A stretch of DNA of 64,000 nucleotides, from NCBI GenBank assembly GCA_964468315.1, contig CAYXTA010000004.1, positions 10,976 through 74,975 on the forward strand, in the 5' to 3' direction. Of the stretch, positions 47,410-56,360 are shown in pieces. Each line of letters starts with the position of its first letter. The stretch's first letter is position 1. The DNA is from an uncultured Candidatus Saccharibacteria bacterium. GTDB lineage: Bacteria; Patescibacteriota; Minisyncoccia; Phycocordibacterales; UBA9973. The notes below the pieces were generated by a model. The model was given only the letters and a program-made list of their open reading frames with translations, did not search any database and was not told where the DNA came from. A program made the translations under genes and the position numbers.

Positions 47410-49509
47410 TTATTGTTTTAAAAGTTTAACTATGTTGGTATGTTCTCCATCTGTAATAGATAAAAAATACGTACCAGGAATAAAACCTTCATTTTTTAAT
47501 TCAAAATCTCCATCAACTGAAAACTTTTTAATTTCACGCCCTCTTATATCAGATAGAGAAACTTTCCAATTTGCAGGTTTAAGTTTTAGAGGAAGAACAT
47601 CGTAAAATGTATTACTTGTCACAACCTTACCATTACTTGAACCAAATGATATTTCTTTAATTCCAATTGTAAAAATAATTTGGAAAGTGAAACTGCATTC
47701 ATTTGGATCATCCGGTACTATTGTGAAAAATAATCCTTCTACAAGATTCACATCGGTTGGAAGATTATCTAAAACAATTTGTGAACTACTTTGAGTAGTA
47801 GGAACATATGTATAGCTACCAATACGAACAGTGCAATGTGGAAAACCTTGTCCATTTAAAACAAATTGTCCTCCACCATTTCCACTCGTATACCAATAAT
47901 CAATACCCGCAGGTGATGGTAAAACATTTACAACAACATTATCTTGTGAACTACAAATATTTCCTGAATTTAAAACATAGGAAAGAGTTATAGGTCCGTT
48001 ACCTCCAGCTTGATCGGGATTGAAAATCGCTTCAGAATAACCAGGATAATTTACCAAAAAATTCACACCATTACCAATGAAAGTTCCTCCAGCAGGAGTA
48101 CCAGTCAAAATAACAGGGTTGTTTGAATTATGACAAATGTTGTAAATGTTTGAACTAAGCGAAACAGATCCTTGTGCACCATTAACAGTGATAGAAGTAC
48201 TAGCTGAGCTTGTACAAATTCCATTTGTAGAATATACACTATAAAATGAACTAGGATTTCCTGTCGTAGGAATAGCAGTTACCGTTGAACCAGTAGTAGA
48301 AGTTAATCCATCACCAACCCAAGTATAATTACCATTTCCCCCACTCACACTAAGAGTTATCGAACTTCCTACACAAGCTGTAGCTGGCGCAACTAAGTTT
48401 AAAACTGAGCTTTGCAATACATTAATTGTCATAGAAACGCTTGAAGAATTACAAGCAGTATTTAATGGTGTAGCGGTATAAGTTCCTGTTCCTGTTGGAG
48501 TCAATGTTATTGATGTTCCAGTTCCAAGAATAGTTCCATTACCATCTTTCCAAGTACAATTTACGCCATTTGTTTCACTCAAAGTCACAGAAGATCCGCT
48601 GCAAATGTTTTGATTACTTGCAGAGATATTAAGTGTTGTTGAATTTGTTACATATACAGTTACTGTTTTTGAACCACTTCCGCAAGAGCTTGATGGATCA
48701 GTCAAAGTATAAGTAGTAGTAACAGATGGGCTAGCAAAAGGATTTGCAATGTTAGGATTGTTAAGTCCTGTTGAAGGTGTCCATTGATATGAATTACCTC
48801 CACTTGCTTGAAATTGCACATTACCACCAGAACAAATAGAATAGCTTGCATTTGATACAGATAATGATGATGAAGAATTTACAGTAACAGTTACAGAAGC
48901 AGTATTACTCGTGCAATTACCATTTGTTTCAACAGCATCAAAAGTAGTAGTACTTGTAGGGTAAACAGTAACAGATGAACCGTATCCAACGATATTTCCG
49001 TTTCCATCTCTCCAAGTAATTGTTCCACCATTTCCATTTGCACTCAGTACCACACTACCACCAGAACAAATACTTGTCGTACTTGCAGAAGCAGTAATGT
49101 TTAATGATAAGCATGTAGTTGTTGCAAAAGTTTCATCTTCAAACCAAGAAATCCATTGTCCGTTATACCAAACATCAATATGTACGAGAATTCGTATATA
49201 ATCATTTGGATTTAAACCACCAACATGATAAATAGAATTACCATTAATTGCATTGTTCCCAAAATAAGTTAAAGTAGCTGGTGAAGTAGTTGTAACAGGA
49301 ACATTACCACTTACATAATAAGCGGAAAAAGTAACGTTTACAGAATCAGCTTGTGGAAAATTCCATATAGCTTTAGCATCTACACTATTTGAACCGATAA
49401 AAATCGGGCTAATTGTAACCCCTTGAGCATTCGCATTCTTGTTTGCAAAGAAAACCATAAAGGCAACCATGCAGATAGTCGTTGTTAATTTTGTGATTGT
49501 TTTTTTCAT
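47410..49509 (-). CDS. Secreted Ser/Thr-rich surface protein with repeated Cys-containing Ig/PKD-like modules and a C-terminal sorting-like beta-sandwich domain.
   Basis: Signal peptide ..ANKNANAQG. Recurring CSGGSV/CSGSSVTLS motifs. C-terminus KVSLSDIRGREIKKFSVDGDFELKNEGFIPGTYFLSITDGEHTNIVKLLKQ. Confidence 0.55.
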   Translation of the reverse strand: MKKTITKLTTTICMVAFMVFFANKNANAQGVTISPIFIGSNSVDAKAIWNFPQADSVNVTFSAYYVSGNVPVTTTSPATLTYFGNNAINGNSIYHVGGLNPNDYIRILVHIDVWYNGQWISWFEDETFATTTCLSLNITASASTTSICSGGSVVLSANGNGGTITWRDGNGNIVGYGSSVTVYPTSTTTFDAVETNGNCTSNTASVTVTVNSSSSLSVSNASYSICSGGNVQFQASGGNSYQWTPSTGLNNPNIANPFASPSVTTTYTLTDPSSSCGSGSKTVTVYVTNSTTLNISASNQNICSGSSVTLSETNGVNCTWKDGNGTILGTGTSITLTPTGTGTYTATPLNTACNSSSVSMTINVLQSSVLNLVAPATACVGSSITLSVSGGNGNYTWVGDGLTSTTGSTVTAIPTTGNPSSFYSVYSTNGICTSSASTSITVNGAQGSVSLSSNIYNICHNSNNPVILTGTPAGGTFIGNGVNFLVNYPGYSEAIFNPDQAGGNGPITLSYVLNSGNICSSQDNVVVNVLPSPAGIDYWYTSGNGGGQFVLNGQGFPHCTVRIGSYTYVPTTQSSSQIVLDNLPTDVNLVEGLFFTIVPDDPNECSFTFQIIFTIGIKEISFGSSNGKVVTSNTFYDVLPLKLKPANWKVSLSDIRGREIKKFSVDGDFELKNEGFIPGTYFLSITDGEHTNIVKLLKQ

Positions 49510-49730
49510 CCTGTTTTTGGTTTTAGAAATTATTTATATTTATTTATATACTTTTGTTTCTGAAGCCAGACAAATTGAAAAATCAATCGTCGGCAACAGC
49601 ATACTAAGCACCAAGATTGATGCCTAAAATGCTGTTGCCGACACTAAAAAATGAAGATTTTCAAAGAACTTAAGCTGAAATGAGTTTAGCATACAATATA
49701 TATAAAGTCAAGGTGTATTTTATATAGCTA

Positions 49731-49759
49731 TTGACTTTTAAATATGCTTATGCTAAGAT
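49731..49759 (+). promoter_or_regulatory. Promoter-like TTGACT-N17-TAAGAT.
   Basis: ttgacttttaaatatgcttatgctaagat, 68 nt upstream of ATG 49827. Confidence 0.4.
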
Positions 49760-49826
49760 ATTGATATTACAAAATAGGTCAAATTTGTTGGAAAATCATT
49801 ATAAAATAATTAATTTATAAAAATAT

Positions 49827-52037
49827 ATGAAAAATATTATAAAAAGTTTAACGGTCGGTTCGATATTATTAGCATTTTTTGCCATGAATGCTTTTTCTGC
49901 TATGGCAAACTACTCCGTCGGTGGAGTTATGGCTTCAACACTAGCAGCAACTGGAGTTACTAATACTTCAATGACTCTTCGTGGGAACTATTCTGCAACA
50001 GGCCAAGGTATAATCAATACTTGGTTTGAATATGGTACAAGTAACGATTTAGTTACAAATGGTGGTGGACAATCAATTGGTAATTCTTCACAAGGAAATA
50101 CTTCTGGTACTTTCACATACACTATAAACAATTTAAATCCAGGTACTGCATATTTCTTCAGATCAGTAACTGCACAAAACGGACAAATTGCTCGTGGAAA
50201 TGTACTTTGGACAACAACAAAAGATATAAACACAAATCCAACAAACTATGCACCTACTTTAAACTCTATTAGTACAACAAGTGGTTACCAAGGAGAGACT
50301 TACAATGTTACTCTTTATGGTACAAACTTCATAAGTGGAACAAACGTAAACTTTGGTTCAGGTATCACTGTAAATTCAGTAAACATAATCAACTCTACAC
50401 AAATATCTGCAAATATAGTTATTTCTTCATCTGCATATACAGGCTCAAGAGGTGTTACTGTAAACAATGCAAATGGTACTTCAAATGGAATAAACTTTAC
50501 TGTAAATCAATACAACAATGGTGGTGGTAATTGTAATTCAAACAATCCAACTATATACTCTATTTCTCCAGATTACGTATCAAATACAAATAGTAATATA
50601 AACGTTGTTATACGTGGTTATAACTTCACAACAAGTTCAACTGCAATGTGGAGAGGTTCATCAAGACCAACATACTTCAATTCTAGTACTCAACTTACTA
50701 TGACACTTTATGCAAGTGATTTAGTAAATAATTCAAGTGGTTCTGTTTCAGTTACAAATAACAATAATTGTAATACTTCAAACGGTATGACTCTTAGAAT
50801 AGATAATGTTGACCCTTGTTATAATTACAATAACAACAATGGTTGTGGAGTTTGTGGAGGAGGCTGTAATAATTACCAAGCCCCTACTGTAACAACTCTT
50901 TCTTCAAATGTTTATGGTTCATCTATAACATTAAACGGATCAGTAAATACAAATAATAGCCAAGCTACAGTTTGGTTCCGTTATGGAACATCTAGTTATT
51001 CTATGGGTAACGAAACAACTCACACATACCAAAGTTCTAATACTTGGGGTACAAATTTCTCTGCGACAATAAACGCAACACCAAATGCAACTTATTATTA
51101 CCAAGCTGTTGCAAACAATGCATACGGTACTGTATACGGAAATGTCATGACTACAGTAATGAATAATTACAATTACCCTACTGTTACTACAGTAGTAGCT
51201 ACAAACAAAACAACAACAAGTGCAAGATTAAATGGTGTCGCATCAGGTTTCGCTACACAAGGATACTTTGAATACGGTGAAACTGCTTCATTAGGAAATG
51301 TTACTCCTTCAAAATATATTGGTGTAGGAAATGATGTTTACAGTGTGAACTATTCAGATACTGTATATAATTTACAAGCAGGAACAACATATTATTTCAG
51401 AGCTGTTGCATCAAATGCAAATGGTACTTCAAGAGGAAATATCTTTCTATTACAAACACCAAGTATATATGTACCAGTAGATACTACTACTCCAGCTTCA
51501 ACCGTTACTACAAGTAATGACTTAATAAAGATCACTTCAAGTTCTGATGGTCTTTACCTTGGAGACAATGTTGAATACACAGTAACTTACAAAAACAATA
51601 CAAGACAAAATTTTGAAAACACTATCATAACAGTACAACTTCCAAAAGAAGTAATCTTTGATGAATCAACTTTCGGAAGAATCAATAATGACAATGCTGT
51701 TGTGTTTAGTATTGGTAATCTTGCAAAAACACAAACTGGATCAATGACAATACGTGGTCATTTAAACAAAGAAAGTACAAATTCAACTTCACTTATAACT
51801 ACCGCAATAATGACTTACAATGTCGCTGGTTCTAATGTAGAAAAAAATGAAATAGCTTTCGTAACTAATCATATATTGAATGGAAATAGTTTAGCAGCCG
51901 CATCTTTATTTGGAGCTGGATTTATGCCAACAACACTTATCGGATGGGTAGTATTATTACTTATAATACTTGCACTTATTGCTCTTATAAGACACTTATA
52001 CCTTGGTTATAACAATAACCCAAGACCACTCGTATAA
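49827..52037 (+). CDS. Large surface protein: signal peptide, three ~95-aa FN3-like 'FEYGT' repeats, Cys/Asn-rich region, DUF11-like conserved repeat domain, C-terminal TM anchor.
   Basis: Repeats TWFEYGTS..PGTAYFFRSV, VWFRYGTS..ATYYYQAV, GYFEYGET..GTTYYFRAV. DNVEYTVTYKNN (DUF11-like). C-terminal LIGWVVLLLIILALIALI. Confidence 0.55.
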   Translation: MKNIIKSLTVGSILLAFFAMNAFSAMANYSVGGVMASTLAATGVTNTSMTLRGNYSATGQGIINTWFEYGTSNDLVTNGGGQSIGNSSQGNTSGTFTYTINNLNPGTAYFFRSVTAQNGQIARGNVLWTTTKDINTNPTNYAPTLNSISTTSGYQGETYNVTLYGTNFISGTNVNFGSGITVNSVNIINSTQISANIVISSSAYTGSRGVTVNNANGTSNGINFTVNQYNNGGGNCNSNNPTIYSISPDYVSNTNSNINVVIRGYNFTTSSTAMWRGSSRPTYFNSSTQLTMTLYASDLVNNSSGSVSVTNNNNCNTSNGMTLRIDNVDPCYNYNNNNGCGVCGGGCNNYQAPTVTTLSSNVYGSSITLNGSVNTNNSQATVWFRYGTSSYSMGNETTHTYQSSNTWGTNFSATINATPNATYYYQAVANNAYGTVYGNVMTTVMNNYNYPTVTTVVATNKTTTSARLNGVASGFATQGYFEYGETASLGNVTPSKYIGVGNDVYSVNYSDTVYNLQAGTTYYFRAVASNANGTSRGNIFLLQTPSIYVPVDTTTPASTVTTSNDLIKITSSSDGLYLGDNVEYTVTYKNNTRQNFENTIITVQLPKEVIFDESTFGRINNDNAVVFSIGNLAKTQTGSMTIRGHLNKESTNSTSLITTAIMTYNVAGSNVEKNEIAFVTNHILNGNSLAAASLFGAGFMPTTLIGWVVLLLIILALIALIRHLYLGYNNNPRPLV

Positions 52038-52040
52038 TAT

Positions 52041-52080
52041 AAAAAAATAAAACCCCCTCAATTGAGGGGGTTTTATTTTG
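52041..52080. terminator. Bidirectional rho-independent terminator.
   Basis: Hairpin aaccccctcaattgagggggtt flanked by A- and T-runs. Between convergent genes. Confidence 0.8.
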
Positions 52081-52081
52081 T

Positions 52082-52525
52082 CTAAAATTTAATTTTATCT
52101 CCTATTTTCAAATTATTCTTATCAGAAAATCCTGAATTCACTTCTAGTACATATTGCGCATCTACCTGTCCACCAAAAGTTGCTGGATATGAGTTAGTTT
52201 GAGCATTTTTTTCTATGTAAACAATCTTATAATCTTCTGATATCCAAATAATATCTATAGGGAAAAGCATGTCTTTCATCCAAAAAGGATATTTACCTGT
52301 TTTATAAAAAACAAAAAGCATTCCTTGGTTATCTTTTAAAGGTGTATGACCAGAAAGTCCTAATTCCCTTTTTGCATTCGTATCTGCTATCTCTATATTA
52401 ATTATTTTACCTCCTATCTCTACCTTAGGTTGATTGTATTTTGGTTCTAAAACATGAGGTTTAATTGTAAGCCAAGCAAAAATTACCAAAACAACTATAA
52501 CAATAATGAAGTAAGATTTTTTCAT
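52082..52525 (-). CDS. DUF192-domain protein (COG1430-like) with an N-terminal TM anchor.
   Basis: GLSGHTPLKDNQGMLFVF...PFWMKDMLFPIDIIWI pattern. Confidence 0.6.
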   Translation of the reverse strand: MKKSYFIIVIVVLVIFAWLTIKPHVLEPKYNQPKVEIGGKIINIEIADTNAKRELGLSGHTPLKDNQGMLFVFYKTGKYPFWMKDMLFPIDIIWISEDYKIVYIEKNAQTNSYPATFGGQVDAQYVLEVNSGFSDKNNLKIGDKIKF

Positions 52526-52540
52526 ACCTTAATTATATCA

Positions 52541-52579
52541 AAAATACAAAATAAAAAGAGCGGATTTATCCGCTCTTTA
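52541..52579 (-). terminator. Rho-independent terminator for the minus-strand gene ending at 52599.
   Basis: Hairpin aaagagcggatttatccgctcttt with a T-run on the minus strand. Confidence 0.65.
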
Positions 52580-52598
52580 ATGAAAACTACTAATCTTA

Positions 52599-53213
52599 CT
52601 ATTTAGCCAAAAAAACTTTAGAATTTCTTGTGTCACCATTTAAAAGAGGAAAACTTAAATGGTCAACACCTAAAGTTTCAAAACAAGTATCTTGTGGAAG
52701 ATGAATAGTACTCCCTAAAAAACGATCAATTTTTAAAGAAGAACCTCTGTTGTTCATGCTCTGCAACCACAATATTGGACAAGTGATACGCCTAAAAGTT
52801 ATGTCTTTAATTTCTCCATCAAATATGATTACAGGGTTTGCAAAAAAAGAATCAATAAAACTTACAATTACTCCTTTAAATGAACTAAGACGAATTGAAA
52901 ATAATCTTTCAGGTCTTATTCTAAAATCAGGTTCAATAAATTGGCAATTTTTAAAGGTAATACCACTGAAATTACAACTTCCTAAAAACAGGGATCCAAT
53001 AATAATGCATTGATTAAAACACAAGACTGTACCTTTAATACTTCGTAAACTTTTTTCTTTTTTTTCGTCATTTATTTCAGAAAAATCAAAAATCTTGTTA
53101 AAGATTTCAATATGTCCCGGCTCGTCAATTTCAACATTTTGAAGGTGTGTCTTTTTAGGATCAGATAAAAAATCAATAAAATCTGACACGGTAATCATTG
53201 TTAATGTTTCCAT
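52599..53213 (-). CDS. Hypothetical protein (204 aa).
   Basis: ORF only; Cys/Phe-rich central region. Confidence 0.4.
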   Translation of the reverse strand: METLTMITVSDFIDFLSDPKKTHLQNVEIDEPGHIEIFNKIFDFSEINDEKKEKSLRSIKGTVLCFNQCIIIGSLFLGSCNFSGITFKNCQFIEPDFRIRPERLFSIRLSSFKGVIVSFIDSFFANPVIIFDGEIKDITFRRITCPILWLQSMNNRGSSLKIDRFLGSTIHLPQDTCFETLGVDHLSFPLLNGDTRNSKVFLAK

Positions 53214-53297
53214 AATATTTAGGTTTTAGTTAAAGAATAGTTTTCTTTAACTTACCATTTATTTATACTTTTTGTCAATCTTAAAAAGTTTTACTGA

Positions 53298-53335
53298 GAA
53301 ATCAAAAAACACCCATTTATGGATGTTTTTTGTGT
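53298..53335. terminator. Intrinsic terminator ~230 nt downstream of the 16S 3' end (minus sense).
   Basis: Hairpin aacacccatttatggatgtt with flanking T/A runs. Confidence 0.55.
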
Positions 53336-53559
53336 GTGCTGTTCTTTGTTTTGTTTCGTTCTACTAATTTTATTATTTTATTTGTCTTTCCAAACTGTCA
53401 TCTTGTTTTATAGATACAAGTAAACTCCATCTTTTTTAGCTTGTGATGTTCAAGCATTGTGTGCTCAATTGAGGCACACAACACCGACTCAATAAGTCCG
53501 GTCGGAACGGGTCCGACGCTCATCTTCTGATAAATCAGAAGATGGGACGTTTTTCAAAT

Positions 53560-55088
53560 TGAATTATTCCACGACCAGCTTCCGCTAGCCGTGCCTTGTT
53601 ACGACTTAGTCCCTGTCACCGAGCTTACCTTAGGCCATCCTTATGGACAGACTTTGGGTACTCCCGGCTCCCTTGACTTGACGGGCGGTGAGTACAAGAC
53701 TTGAGAACGTATTCACCGCAGTATAGCTGACCTGCGATTACTAGCAATTCCGGCTTCATGGGGTCGAGTTGCAGCCCCCAATCCGAACTGGCGCCTTCTT
53801 TATTACGATTAGCTCAGGGTTACCCCGTCGCGACGCGTTGTAAAGGCGATTGTATTATGTGTGTGGCCCCGGATATCAGAGGGTCATGCTGACCTGGCGT
53901 TATCCTCGCCTTCCTCCCCCCATTATTCTCACGAAATCGGCACGGAAATTTCCGCACTTTTTTCACGAAGATAATGGGGGGCAGTCTCGCCTGACACTTG
54001 TAACAGACAACGAGGGTTGCGTTCGTTACCCCACTTAAGGGAACAATTCAAACCACGAACTGACGACGGCCATGCAACACCTGCCTAACTGCCCGTGAAG
54101 GCTACTAAGGTTTCCCAAAGTATTCAGCTAGGTTTCAAACCCGGGTAAGGTTTTTCGTTTACCATCGAATTGAACCACATAATCCACTGCTTGTGCAAGT
54201 CCCCGTCTATTCCTTTGAGTTTTAACCTTGCGGTCGTACTACCCAGGCGCTTCTCTTAACGCGTTAGCTTCGCCTCTCAGAGGGTCGATACTCCGAAAAG
54301 CTAGTGAAGATCGTTTAGGGCGTGGACTACTGGGGTATCTAATCCCATTCGCTACCCACGCTTTCGTGTTTGAGTGTCAGGAATACGCTAGTGCACTGCC
54401 TTCGCTTTTGGTGTTCCTCATGATATCAACGGATTTCACCCCTACTCCATGAGTTCCATGCACCCCTCGTATCCTCAAGTTTAGCCGTTTCCTCCGCATG
54501 CCCCCGGTTAAGCCGAAGAATTTAACAGAAGACTAACTAAACCACCTACACACCCTTTACGCCCAGTAATTCCGGATAACGCTTGAGGCCTCTGTATTAC
54601 CGCTACTGCTGGCACAGAGTTTGTAGCCTCTTATTCGTGGGGTACTATCAATAAACTTTCTCCCCCATAAAAGAATTTTACGTGCCGAAGCACTTCATCA
54701 TTCACGCGGCGTCGCTCGATCAGACTTTCGTCCATTGTCGAATATTCTCGGCTGCAGCCACCCGTAGGTGTATGGACCGTGTCTCAGTTCCATCGGTGGG
54801 GGTCAGGCTCTCACCTCCCCTAGACGTCATTGCCTTGGTAGGCTTTTACCCTACCAACTAGCTGATATCCCGCAGACCATTCCCCAAGCAATAAATTTTT
54901 ACCGTTCACCTATTTATCAGTGAGGGACCATCGGGTGTTAGCTCCGCTTTCGCGGAATTATTCCCGACTTGGGGGTATGTTATCTACGTGTTACTACCTC
55001 GTTCGCCATGGGTCTAAACCCATTCGACTTGCATGCCTTATCCACGCCGCCAGCGTTCATCCTGAGCTAGGATCAAACTCTAAAATAA
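53560..55088 (-). rRNA. rrs: 16S rRNA gene, stand-alone; no 23S, 5S or tRNA downstream. The 3' tail lacks CCUCC, helix h40 is expanded, and the 530 loop is divergent.
   Basis: 5' AGAGTTTGATCCTAGCTCAGGATGAACGCTGGCGGCGTG (rc of 55030-55082). 3' AAGTCGTAACAAGG plus helix 45 with a GGAA loop (rc of 53570-53600). Internal conserved blocks throughout. Confidence 0.9.
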
Positions 55089-55741
55089 AATCCTTGCTAA
55101 TAACTTTCGTTATTAATTTAGACTGAACGGAACAAAACAAAAGGCAGAACGGAATGTTCGAACTTTTATTTTGCACGTTGCTTATTTTTCTGTTTGTCCT
55201 GCTCGCACTCACAAAATTATTACAATTATTTCGTGAGTGGAAATTACTTAATTTAGAATATTTGGAAACTTGCTTGCATCATCGCAGCAACTTGAAAAGA
55301 AGCCGCGATGTGCAATCTCATATTTCACTTGAATTTTCAAAGTACCGCTCTGTTTTTTAATCAGAGTGTTACCCAGTATATAGATATATAAAAAGGAGTC
55401 AAGCTATGGCTATACAGGGCCATTTTTAGTGCTGCGTGGCTCTCAGGTGCCTATTTTGACCTTATTTTAAGCCATATTTTAACCTTTCTTAATAACTCCT
55501 TGGGGACTGGCTTGGCACACTGTGCGCAGACAGTAATAAACGGACAACAGATTTGTTCCCCTTCATTGCTGTATGCGTTCTTTTTTTGTTCCTCGTGCTG
55601 GTTTTACAAAAGGAGGTGCCGGGGTTTTATAGGGATTTTGTGATGGAAATTTTGTCGTTTTTTGTTTTCTCGTTTTTGTTGTTTTCTAATCGTTTCGAAA
55701 AATGAAAACATGTACCAAATCGAAAAGAAAAGGAGTTTCAC

Positions 55742-56281
55742 ATGTCTCGAGTAATTTCTCGGTCAACAGTTCTCGCATCAGTCGTCGGGTGCCTCGCTCT
55801 CGCCGCCACCACAGCCACAGCCTTCGTTGCCGTTGGATGGCATGGCCTGTCGCAAAGTGAACGCGACAGTAGAATCTTGTCCCGTGCCAGAAGTTATTCT
55901 TCCGGCACGTACACAGGGATGTCATGCAAAGAATGGGTTCGAAGAGTTGTAAGGGATGCATCTGGAAATGTTGTTACAATTCCCGCAACAAGTTCCAACG
56001 ACTACCAGTGGGAAAGCAGCGCTGATGTATATGGATACGCAGCAACGCAGTGTCCGCCACGCGGAATCGATTCTGGCCGAATCATTCAAATGATTTGGAC
56101 AAACCAAAGCAACGGGCGCACAAACCCACACACTGCAATCATTACAAGCATCACCAGCACTGGGATGAATTGGATTGATTGCAACTGGAACGGTGACCAG
56201 CGAGTTCAGCGGCACTTCGTAAGTTTCTCTGACTTCAATACTCGCGTTCGAAACAACTACACTGTTTATAAAATTCGATAG
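55742..56281 (+). CDS. Secreted CHAP/NlpC-like putative peptidoglycan amidase/peptidase. Canonical AAGGAG SD 7 nt upstream.
   Basis: Signal peptide. Cys (GMSCKEWV) and downstream His (NPHTAII) arranged as in a CHAP domain. ~50% GC. Confidence 0.45.
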   Translation: MSRVISRSTVLASVVGCLALAATTATAFVAVGWHGLSQSERDSRILSRARSYSSGTYTGMSCKEWVRRVVRDASGNVVTIPATSSNDYQWESSADVYGYAATQCPPRGIDSGRIIQMIWTNQSNGRTNPHTAIITSITSTGMNWIDCNWNGDQRVQRHFVSFSDFNTRVRNNYTVYKIR

Positions 56282-56360
56282 CACTTTTCTTGAAGGGATT
56301 CCACTCCGTGGAGTCCCTTTAGTATTTACTTATTACGTGTTTACATAGTCTTATAAAATA

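Noticed and set aside
53214-53560. 23S/5S rRNA or ITS tRNA genes downstream of the 16S
   Set aside because: The region contains only short hairpins (probable rRNA processing stems) and an intrinsic terminator. There are no tRNA T-loop/acceptor signatures and no 23S 5' consensus, and the next gene is a protein-coding ORF.
53850-55126. ORF-track ORFs inside the 16S gene (53850..54038, 54228..54452, 54920..55126)
   Set aside because: They lie within a high-confidence rRNA gene and are artefacts of six-frame translation.
55686-56284. Minus-strand ORFs 55686..55961 and 55922..56284 overlapping the CHAP-like gene
   Set aside because: They are antisense to a better-supported plus-strand gene (signal peptide, SD, Cys/His motif). 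High GC inflates spurious ORF length.
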